64,000 bases of DNA from Camelus dromedarius (taxonomy: Eukaryota). Below are positions 53,285 through 64,000 of this stretch, one piece after another; the first letter of the stretch is position 1; every line of letters starts with the position of its first letter. Under the pieces are notes generated by a model. That model was not told the origin of the DNA, ran no database searches, and saw only the letters and a program-made list of their open reading frames with translations. Made by a program: the position numbers and the translations under genes. The stretch is taken from assembly GCF_036321535.1 (NCBI RefSeq), contig NC_087436.1, forward strand, positions 58,530,001 through 58,594,000, written 5' to 3'.

Positions 53285-54370
53285 TAAAAACGTAAATGAA
53301 CTCCTAGAATAAAACACAAGAGTCAGTCTTTGTGACCTTAGATTAGACATCTGGTTTCTTAGATATGACAACAGAAACACAGCAACAAAAGTAAAAAGAA
53401 TTAAATTGTACTTCATACAAATTTTAAACTTCTTTGTATCTAAGGACACCAGCAAGAAAATGAAAGACAACCTACAAAATGCGAGATTATTTTTGCAAAT
53501 CATATATGTGATTAGGGACTCGTACTGAGAATATATAAAGAACTCTTAAAACTTAACAATAAAAAGTCAAATAATCCAATTAAAATGGGCAAAAAGTTTC
53601 AATATATATTTCTCCAAGGAAGATACACAAGTGGCCAATGAGTACATGAAAAGATTCTCAACACCATGAGTCTTTAGGGAAAGGCAAATGAAAACATCAA
53701 CGAGATGTCAGTTACCACACACACAAAGATAGATAATACTGGAAAAAAAAAAAAAAAAAAGCAAGCAGGCAACGACAAGTGTTGGTGAGGATTTGAAGAA
53801 GCTGGAACTTCTACGCATTGCTGGTGGGAATATAAAATGATCCATCCATTTTGGAAAACAGTTTGGCACTTCCTCAAAATGTTAAGCATAGTGTTCTCAC
53901 AATACAGAGTGATACAGCTCTTATGTATAATTCAAGAAAACTGAAAACATAAATTTACACAAAAACTTCCACACAAATGTTTACAGCAGCATTATTCATA
54001 ATTTCCCAAAGGGGAGAAAACAACCTAAATGCCTATCGGTTGATGAATGGATCCATACAATTGGTATGTCCTTGTGATAGAATATTATTTGGCAACGAAA
54101 AAGTAATGCAACAATGTAGATAAATCTTGAAAACATTTTACTAAATGAAAGAAACCAGTCACAAAAGGCCATATATTTCATGATTATATTCATGTGAAAT
54201 GTCTAGAAAAAGCAAATCTATGTAGAAAAAAAGTAAATTTGTCGTTACTAGAGACTGGAGGGAGGGGTGAATGGGAAGTAACTGCAAATGGGTATGGATT
54301 TTTTTTTTGGAGTTGTAAAAATGTTCTAAAATTAGATAGCAGTGATGATTGCACAATCTTGTGAATATAA
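53285..54370 (+). mobile_element. L1MB-type LINE-1 3' portion
   Basis: Sense ORF2 end and 3' UTR ('ttcttagatatgacaac', 'catgaaaagattctcaacacc', 'gaaagaaaccagtcacaaaaggccatatatt', 'gatgattgcacaatcttgtgaatata'). Confidence 0.9.
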
Positions 54371-56099
54371 GAAATTTATTCTATGTTGGAGAGCACTTTC
54401 TTTTATACCTAGTTTAGCCCATACAGATGATATAAATAATTTATTGTTCCATATTCTTGATCTTGAGTTTTTATATAGTAAATATAAAAAACTAGAGATT
54501 CCTTCTAACTATAACATTCAATGATTTCAGACTGAAGTCAATGCTAGGCTTGCTAACAGCCTAAGCTCATCCATTATTTCTCCAGTATGGAGAACCTGAA
54601 GATGGATAAATGCACACACACACATACACACACAAATTTTAATTGTCCTTTTAGTTATCTCTTTTGTCCTTCCTTTCAGTATAGCTGATAAGAGAGCTGT
54701 TACTAAGAACTTGTCACTTTTATGAGACATAAAAATTTTTAACAATATTTTACCTTGTAAGAGCCAATAGTAATTTACAGAAAGTTTTTATAAAATAAAT
54801 GATCCTTCTCAAGTTATCTATGATAATTATTACATTTTTCTGAATTTTATGTTTTACATAGTTATTTCAATGGGATTATATTTTTCATAATTATGCCTAA
54901 TGTTGGTTTTAAACTACTTGCATTATAAGAAGTAAGAAGTGATTTACTTTTCAACCTTTATTTTACCATATGATTCATTCTAATAGATTAATGCTTGATT
55001 TTATCATATTTCAAATAACTATAAAAATAAGCAATAGTTTGCTGTTAATGAATGGTTTGCCCATGCTTTAGGGAAACAAATTAGAGAATAAAATCATTTT
55101 ATTTAAATTGTTAATAGGTCAGCACTAGTGCATTTGAGTTCATTATTTAGAATTCATCCACAAGTAGGATTTGATGTGCTGGACCTTTTCTTACTTTTTC
55201 TGCTCTGCAGAACTATCTTTTAGATTTTGGCTTCTGCCAGATGATAATTAACAATAATGGGTCACAATCATTTCATGACAGCTAATTTCTTAACATACAC
55301 ATCCATAACAGTTACAGTTCATACTCTTATTTTGGCATTTCATGCTATCTCTATTGTTTTATGTATAGATCTTATCTCCATAATTAAGTTATAACCCCTG
55401 AGGTTAAGCCGCTGTATATGGTACATGCAGTTGTCTTTACAACAGTAGAACCTTCAGAATTACTGGCTGCAAATGATAATGCAAGGGACATTATTAATTA
55501 AATAAAATCATTAAGACATGTATATAAAAGCAGTTGGCACAGATATTGACACACACACAAATCAATAAATATTTATCAAATATCTTTATCAAATATCTTT
55601 GGCAAATATGACATGCAAGACACTCTGGGCCTCATTTTTCTTAAAAACATAATATAGTACAAGCTCTTTATTATTCCTTTAGCACTTTACTTCTATTTCT
55701 CCATTATCAAAAAAAAATAATACCTTACTATGGAAGTAAATGTCTTTGTCCTCTTGGATAAAATAATGCCAAATTAAAATGTAAATGTTCCTGGAATACT
55801 TCACCAATAGTGAGCCTAAATATTTCAGACAATATGTCAAGCCACTTAAGAAATCGTTTTTAAAATTAGTTTGGCTTTAATAAGTGAAACCAAAATGTTG
55901 ATAATATCTAATTCTTTTATCTCATAAACTGCATATGTTTAAGAAACCTAACAGTTTATTACATATTTCAAAAAGTATGGTTTCTGTGATACCAAGTATA
56001 TGAAAATTTTGTAAAATACAGTTTTCCATAAGTACAAATATTTTAAAAAAGCAGAAAGAGTCTGACTTTCAGATCCAGACTTCAACTTAAAAACAATAA

Positions 56100-56250
56100 C
56101 TAATGTTTATTGGTTACAAAACTTCAGTGTTCTTACCTGTAAAATGGGAATAATTCTACCAAAGTTCAAGTGTTTAGAGTGTTGCATGGAATGGAAATAA
56201 TATATTTAAAACATGGCACATAATATATACTCAGTAAGTGTAACTAGCTT
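56100..56250 (+). mobile_element. MIR fragment
   Basis: 'cttcagtgttcttacctgtaaaatgggaataat...ggcacataatatatactcagtaagtg'. Confidence 0.65.
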
Positions 56251-57478
56251 AATACAACTATATCCCATATCTTGTAGATACTGTGCTGTTCTATCTATAA
56301 GACATACTTCTAGTCTCATGAAAACTACACTGAATAAATATCAGGAGCAAGACAGACTGTTAATGGCAAGAACGAAATTTTTGAGTTTGAAATCCTGGTC
56401 TGAGCATCGGTTCTGCCTATTTAACATCATTTCCTGCACAAATCATTTCAGCTAATTTTTTCTTTCCAGAATAGTGAAAAGGTTAAAATAACAGCTATTA
56501 AGCAATGTAGGCTTTTGCCAAGTCAACAGGCAATATATTTGAAGACCTTTTTAAAGAGCTGTAAACTATTATTTTATTATATACCAGCATTTCTTCCCAA
56601 TGTATCTCTCAAGCTAATTTCTGAATAATTATAATAAACACTATATTTTAAATACAATATTACCATTGGCCATGTTCATTTGATTTAAAATTTGAAATCA
56701 CTTTGTAATATAAATATATGTTAGTGACTTTGTTAATTCTGTCCAAATATATCACTGATAGAATGAAGTATAGATTTCTTTCCATTATCACTTAACACGA
56801 AGAATAAACAACTGTAAAGTAAACTATTGGAAATCTAAAAGTAGTATCAGACAAATGCAAAACAGCAAAATCATTCTTTAAGAAGAAACTAAATTTTATA
56901 AAATAGTATGGCTAGCAAAAGGAAATGATGTGGAAAAATGTACACTGATTTCCACAAACAAATGTATTTCAATTAAGGATTGCAAATGGTAATTATATCA
57001 AGTCAAAATAAATGTTTATTGAGAGTACATATAATTACAGAAAACAGTAATAATTCTTTCAAGTTGGACTTGGAGAAACTGAGTAAATTTTAAGAATAAA
57101 AAAACCTATTATTCAGTGCAGAGACTCGGAAGTTTATGTTTAATCAGGCTTTATCTATAACTATTTTCATTCTTATGAGAGGTTGTTTATCAGCCTTGGG
57201 TCAAAGAACTTATATTACTCTAAGTTAAAATATCAGTAGGGAGCTTCATGCACATTGTAACCAGTGAACTACAGAACCTAAACTAGCCACACCACAGTAT
57301 CTAAGACAAGATTAGAAGTTTGGCCTCTGCGAAAAAAGTTTTCCAGAATTTATATATAACGTATAATACTAATTCTTGGAATTAAGCAACAACCCTATAC
57401 TGATCAGTAGATTATTTGGTAAAAGTATGGTGCCTTAATAACCATCAGAGCAACTCTCAAATAATATCAGTGAAAATA

Positions 57479-57514
57479 ACCACTTCTTCACTTTTTGGCT
57501 AAGGTCAAGTATAG
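57479..57514 (+). pseudogene. 3'-truncated U2 snRNA retropseudogene (first ~36 nt)
   Basis: accacttcttcactttttggctaaggtcaagtatag vs U2 5' end atcgcttctcggccttttggctaagatcaagtgtag: 28/36 identical by hand alignment, no gaps. Confidence 0.75.
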
Positions 57515-59182
57515 ATAACACTGAATGAAAAAAATTGAGAAATCATAACATGTTATGAAAAAATGTGAAACTGTTGGTGGTTATCTATATTACTACAAAT
57601 ACAAATAATGTTCTGGTGTTCTTCATTGAAACAAAAATTAAAGTTGAATAATTAGGCACTGAGGTGCTAAATAAAACATAGCAGATACTATAAAATAAAT
57701 CAGCGGTACTTCCAATGGCTCACTGAGTTACTGTGGACAAACCAAATCACCTTTTGTAACTTAGCTTCCTAAGTTTTGAAAACATGGTGACTCAAGCAGA
57801 TAAACTAAAATTGATCTTATTCAGAATGACCATCACTAACTGTAGAAATATATCTAATCAGGAAGGTATTCCATCAAATCACCAGATTTTAACATAAAAA
57901 TTCCATTAAGATGAATATACAAGTATTTTTATTCTGATACATGTTTATACTCAGTTGGCCAATAGTCTTTTTTTCCCCGAATGGACCATTATATATGAAA
58001 GACAATATTTTTCAGATAATTTTGTCTAGTTTTGGGTTTAGGTATATCTCTAATTATGAATTCAGGTATTATGAATTCAATTGTTCTGTTTCATCAAATA
58101 GCGTAAGAACTTGGTTAGTATACATTAATTATTAAGTGGTAGATGTCTTCTATAAAACTAAGCACTTAAATACTACTGAATTTCTGGGTTCAGATTATAT
58201 AACACTGTTCCAAAATGTGGCTAATCCATGGCACCTAGCCTGCCACTATTATTATTAAATGAAATATGTAGATAGAAATAGGAGATCTATGTCTAAATTT
58301 CCAAAGAATCTCCATGGGGAAAATTAATAAAAACGTTCCTCCTTTTGACACAAAATAATATTATGAAACAGGAGCAGTATCATATTTGTTTTATTAAATT
58401 CTTTAAATTCAAACAGTGTGTTATTTGTAGGAACTAATCACAAATTTCATAAAAAGGGAGAATTTGACCCAGCCAGTCTGATTCCAGGGATTATGTGAAT
58501 AAAACTATAATAACTGTTCAATTAAAGAAAATTTTAAAACATAGAAAGAACTGCAATGAAACCAAAACTTACACAGGACAAATATTTCCCTATATAATTA
58601 ACTCTCGATCACAAATAAATATGTTTAATATTCTAGATTACTAAATTCAGAAATACTCAGATTTATGCTAATTATAATGTAGGCTGAGTAAAATGAGGTT
58701 TAGGAAATAAAAATTCAGAAAAAGTAATTACCATTAGTGTGATGATGGCAGTTTCAAGACCAGTCACTCTACCTTTTCAACATATATTTTAATTCATTAT
58801 ATATTTTTGTGCTTGTATTTTTGGGTTTTGTTTCATTTTTTGCAAGTGTTCTCTCTCCTCTTTTTTGTTTTCGGTTACTGTATTTTTGCTTCTTCCTTAC
58901 TCTCACTAATATCGAATCATTATCTAAGCCTTCATTTGTATACTCCCATTCTTTATTCTTTATTTTATTCTTATATTTTATGTTGATAACTTGGGCTTTC
59001 CCTCCATTGTTTATCTTGATCCTCCTTCATATCCTCTTTTCAGATAAGTTCCCTGTCCCACTACCATTCTGTTTCTCCATCATGCCTTCCTCTTCCTATT
59101 GTATTGATTCATATTATGCTACACAACCTCATACCTGCAAAGATACACACGCAAACACACATATATGTACATACAGAATGGT

Positions 59183-59510
59183 AGACACATTGTAACTGAC
59201 TTCAATAAAAAAAAAATGTATATAACAAAACAGAAACAGATTCACAAATATGGAGAACAAACTAGTGGTTACCAGTAGAGAGAAGGAAATGGGAAGGGAC
59301 AAGATAGGGGTATGGGACTGAGATACAAACTACTATGTATAAAATAAATAAGCAACAAGGATATACTGTATAGCACAGGGAAATATATCAATTATTTTAT
59401 AATATCTTGCAATGGAGTATAATCTATAAAAATACTGAATCACCTTGTTATACATCTGAAATTAATATATTATTGTAAATCAACAATACTTCAGTTAAAA
59501 AATAATAAAG
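59183..59510 (+). mobile_element. Two abutting L1 3' ends (tiny young tail 59183-59217 + cetartiodactyl L1 3' UTR 59218-59510)
   Basis: 'gacacattgtaactgacttcaataaaaaaaaaa' then 'aaacagattcacaaatatggagaacaaactagtggttaccag...aaggatatactgtatagcacaggg...tacttcagttaaaaaataa'. Confidence 0.88.
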
Positions 59511-60819
59511 TAAAAACAAAGAAAACATTGTTTTGAAAACTGACTTTATTGGTGCTTTCTTTAGCATCAGTTATATTAAGTTATTGTCAGTCTTTCCAGA
59601 TCTGAGACTTAAATGCAGAAAATATTTTTATATATAATCATGTGTTACACTTAATGCACTTTACCTGCTCATTTGTCCTATTCATAGTATACAGTATTTT
59701 TTGAATCAAAAAATAGAGTAGGTCATTTAAGTAAATTTATAAGTAACTTTCAAAAGAAGAAAGCTGTTTGCAACTTCTTGTTCCTGGAATTATAGCCTCT
59801 ACTATGGTTTACAACTCTAATGGAAAATAATAACTCTGTTCATACTTCTGTCTTATCCTTTAACTGAGCTTTATCTGAAGAATTTAGATGTAATCACAAA
59901 CTACATTTTGTGCACTCTGGCACTAAAAGGATTAAGAACTATGGCATTACTGGTTTGACACAACATTATTTAAATCAAGCCATCAATCAAAAGGACTAGA
60001 AGTACACAGATGCATGATGACAACACTTTTAATGTTTTGTTGGTGCTCATCAAATGAAAGGTAGCAGTGTTTAAGGATGTATGCAATGAAACATTTTTGT
60101 CAGTGTTAAAAAAGCAGTAAACCAGACATTTTTAAAACATGATTTGGAAAACCATCAAGAGTATCAGTAAATTCCTTGAAAATATGTCTCTAAGATGCAG
60201 TTATTGAAAATAAGCTTTTATATTTTAAGATTTTTACTAGATATTTTCAATGTAATTACAGGATCTTATCTGACTATGTCCTCTGTTTTAAAATAAATAT
60301 ACAGATGTGTTCAAATGAAAGACTTCCATGGTATATTACTACCATGAAATATATTCTTTAATTATATAACTAAAGATACTTATTAATTAATGCTAAATTA
60401 AATTCACATTTAGAAAAGGAAGCAACATCTAAGATTACAAGATTTACATGCTCATATTACATTAAATTTTAACTCCACATTATAGTTATGAACAATTTTT
60501 GTTTAATTTGGGGTTACTGTACCTGCCTCTCTAATTTTTATGCAAGAAGTATAAATTTACATGAAATGTAATTTGTTCTATATCTAAAAAAAAAGTTAGA
60601 AATTTAAGAGAGAAGTCTCTTAAGATTAACAGGCATGATTCTACAGATTGCCTATACAAATGAGGGGGAAAAGATAATGATAAACATGACTATAATTGGC
60701 ACTATCTTCAAAGTAAGTTATTACCAAAAGCACAGTTTTCAGTAATAGAGGCTAGGAGTGGCAATAATGGAATATCCTGGCAAAATGATAATATTTCCAA
60801 AAATTAAAGTTTTTTTTTC

Positions 60820-61040
60820 TATACCTATAAAAGACATTACTGGGGAAAAACAACAATATTTGAATAATGACTATAGTTTAGATAATTAGTAAGGTATCAG
60901 CATTAATGTTCTAATTTGGTAACTACTGCAGTTATGTAAAAGCATAAGAGATTATCTTTATTTTTTCTGTAAATGCATACTGGAGTATCCACAATTAAAG
61001 AATTATTATGCATGCAATTTACTTTTCAATGGTTCACAGT
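60820..61040 (+). mobile_element. Ancient L1M 3' UTR fragment
   Basis: 'aaagacattactgggg...tttgaataatgactatagtttagataat...tgcaatttacttttcaatggttca'. Confidence 0.6.
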
Positions 61041-61399
61041 AATACACATAATTTTTTAAAAAGAAAAGCTTTTTTTAAGATGATAAATGCTCAGGCTAGA
61101 TAAATGAAGTGTGTTTTTAAGACAACCAATGTAAATCTGCAATGACTAAAGTCATACTGAATCTTATTGGTAGTTGTCAGTGGTATGTTTTCATAAAACA
61201 GAATAAAGTTTACCACAAAAAACTGTAGATTTTTCAAAAACAGAGTGAAGACAAAGACACCATGACAGACGTGCCATAGCCTGAAGGAGGGTCGTTTTTT
61301 AAATGGCTATTTCAGCATGGCTCTCAGCAGCAGATATCAGGGTGGGAGTCTTTTCACAAAAGGGAAGAAAACGCTGTAATGGGAGAGACTGTGCCAGTC

Positions 61400-61406
61400 T
61401 TTTATA
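61400..61406 (-). promoter_or_regulatory. Candidate TATA box of a minus-strand promoter
   Basis: gcTATAAAAg on minus, a CA initiator-like dinucleotide ~31 nt downstream, and locally higher GC unique sequence. Unverified. Confidence 0.3.
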
Positions 61407-62271
61407 GCAAAGCTGCCTGTGGCAACTCAACTGGCTATTATGTTCAATCCTTCCAGAGCAACAAGGGAAGCAGAGAAAAGGGGTTGTACCTAAAAAGACT
61501 AAAGTAGTGAGTGAGAAGAAAAAAATGGGTACAGAGACAATACACATTCCTCGAGAACAAATTTTTTTATCTTTATCTGTAATTCACTCAGTCTTCTCTT
61601 TATCCCAAATTCTAACACTTTGCTTCTTTATCTGAAGGTCAAAAGAACTATGGATTTTTTGGTCAAAACCCCAGTAAGCAGTTCTAAATGTTAGATGGTT
61701 GTTATAAACCTTGATATTTATTATTTTCAAGTAAACAGTTTGAGTAGTGAGTAGTCCTGATAAGAGTAACTACTATTTACTACTAATATTGATAATATTA
61801 TTTAATATTTATACTCACTTTACTACATACATTATAGCTTTTAATACTTTAAAATAATTTTCATGAGGTAGGTACTGATAATTTCAGATGAAGAAACACA
61901 AATCATAAAGTTGTGTAAATCCTTCAAGATGATACAGCTAGCAAGCAAACTGCTTAGCATTTAACTTCACTGCTCTCACACTTCTCTGAAACTGCTTGAT
62001 GACAATATGTGACATACCAATATATAAGATATTGCAAATTATATTCCATATAGACACTGATGGATTAATAATCATTATTGGTCATTATTTCTAATGTGAC
62101 TTTTAGAGAATCCAATGGTTCTTGACATTAAATTACATGAATTTTTGTAAATTTGTAAATTCACAAATTATTTGAATATTTATTTGATTAACAGTAAGGA
62201 AAACACAATTTGCTAGTAAGGAGAATGTTATTTGCTAGGATCAAAACTGAATCCAAAAATTTCTGGTTTGA

Positions 62272-62470
62272 CTTTTTTCATTCAACAAATTTTATTAGGA
62301 TGTTTATTTTATCCCAGGTACTGTTCTCGGCACCAGGAAAGGTGTGGTTAAAAAGACACAAATTCCTAACATCGTGGAACTTTTATATTAGTGAGAAAAA
62401 GAGACAATATACAAGATAAAAATATAGAGAGTATATCATAAGATAATAAGAAGGATAAAAAATAAAGCAG
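62272..62470 (-). mobile_element. L2 3' fragment
   Basis: 'ttcattcaacaaattttattagg...ccaggtactgttctcggcacc...aaaagacacaaattcctaacatcgtggaactt'. Confidence 0.8.
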
Positions 62471-62889
62471 CAATACATAAAAATTCTCTCATGTTGAATA
62501 AAATCTACAACTCTCCAGATTCCCTTCATTAATCCTAGTTTTTCCCTGTAGAGGCCAACAGAAGAAAAAAATCTAATTTTTCTGTAACATAATAGCTTTT
62601 GAATTTTGTTAACTCACCTACCACATCCTACCAGAAATTTTTCTTATTTAAAATAAAATACACAGAGTCAAACTGCATTAAATGCACATGATATGAAGTT
62701 ATTTTGTCTATTCTCCTCTGGACTTGATCCATTCTACTATTATCCCTCTGCAACTATGGCCAGACCTAAAAACAGCCACCAGTTGTGGCCAGATCAAGCC
62801 AGAGTCATCTTTTTCACTCTTTCTAACAGACTCCTGTAGTTTTACAACCTACTGATAACAACAAGTATTCTAATAGATTAGGGACTAAA

Positions 62890-63072
62890 GATCTGTTCTG
62901 ACACTTATTTGCTTAATGTTATGGGACAGGTTATTTTCATTTATTTAATTTTCTTTATTGGTATACTATGTATAGTACTTATGATCTCATTATTTTGTTG
63001 CTGAAGATAAATTACAAGAGTATATAAAAGCCCAAGGTACATATGTATTACACACTCAACTAACGTTAGTTT
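62890..63072 (+). mobile_element. MIR fragment
   Basis: 'gttctgacacttatttgc...gggacaggttattt' and end 'cacactcaactaacgttagtt'. Confidence 0.55.
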
Positions 63073-64000
63073 ATCTCTCCCTCCCACACTGAGTTCAGAG
63101 TCAAGTTAAACATGCATGCTGTAGTCAAATAAAATGTGTCCTTTTCTGTAATTGTGCACTTGTTTTTACTGATGTTAATTTTTTAAGGTTTTAGAGTTAA
63201 CTCTGTTAAACATCTGACAATCTCCGTCTAATATTTCAGTTTTTCCCAGTTTCTTGGAAATTCTATTTTGTAATTCAACATATTAAACACATTTAATATT
63301 CTTTCCAGCTTCATAGCACCTGCAAGTCTGAGAAATACTGTTTCCAAAATTCTTATCTAACTTAATGAAATTTTAGAATATGACAGAGTCAAGGATGGAG
63401 TCCTAAGACAAACCTTCCAATTACTACTAATCCATAACTCAGGGTTATCTGAATATGATCTTTCAACCAATTATAATCCTGCCTGGCTCTATCATCAGTC
63501 AATATTTTTCCATCTTGCCAACAGGGACATTAAAAGACACCTTTGAAACATCTTATTGAAATCTAGACATGTTAACTCTACATCTTTTCCCTTACAGTAT
63601 ATCTGAAGGACATTCTAATCATAAAGACTGTAGTACCTACTTGAGATAATCATGACATTCATAGCAATCCACTAAAATGGAAGTAGGTTCTATTAGGTAT
63701 TAAAACAAGTTCTTATAAACAGTGAAGCTGAACATGACACCATTTTAACAGTTAGTTCTCAAGGTTATTACCCTCCAGAGAAGACAGCCACATGAACTTT
63801 CCATGAAGGGAATCATATTCATGTCATATCAGAATCACTAAGTTTCTTTTAGATAAAGGAAAATAATTTAAAAAACATTTTATAAAGTTTTTAAATTTGC
63901 AAACTTCATGCTATTCCTTTCCCATCCCTCTGCTATGTATGAGAAGTACAGTAAAACCAAGTAAGTGATCACTTTTAATAAACCATAATTTCTATGTAAC

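Noticed and set aside
580..62419. The ~90 short six-frame ORFs as host genes
   Set aside because: They are translations of L1, L2, LTR or Tigger relics, or low-complexity AT-rich chance ORFs; none resembles a host protein I recognise.
1..64000. CRISPR arrays, prokaryotic operons, tRNA/rRNA genes, CpG island
   Set aside because: None seen; the sequence is CpG-poor mammalian repeat-rich DNA.

Overview
AT-rich, CpG-depleted mammalian non-coding DNA (intron or gene desert). The young L1 3' ends look camelid, and I saw no Bov-tA, PRE-1 or CHR SINEs; the host assignment is an inference. I could not identify any host protein-coding exon. The window is mostly interspersed repeats: L1 fragments (one 5'-inverted), L2, MIR, ERVL solo LTRs (MLT2, LTR16C, LTR41-like), a near full-length Tigger1, a Tigger-type MITE, a 3'-truncated U2 pseudogene and microsatellites. 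Repeat family names come from recalled consensus sequences, not a database search. The standout is a ~5.3 kb class III (ERV-S/ERV-L-related) retroviral relic at ~5947-11275. It has an integrase core, an unusually long env-like frame (roughly 1,200 codons, Cys-rich SU, ~430-codon TM with no gamma-type ISD/CX6CC motif), a PPT and a 3' LTR. Its 5' half is inverted, with a 29-bp duplication at the breakpoint (twin-priming geometry). It also shows many G-to-A changes suggestive of APOBEC3 editing.
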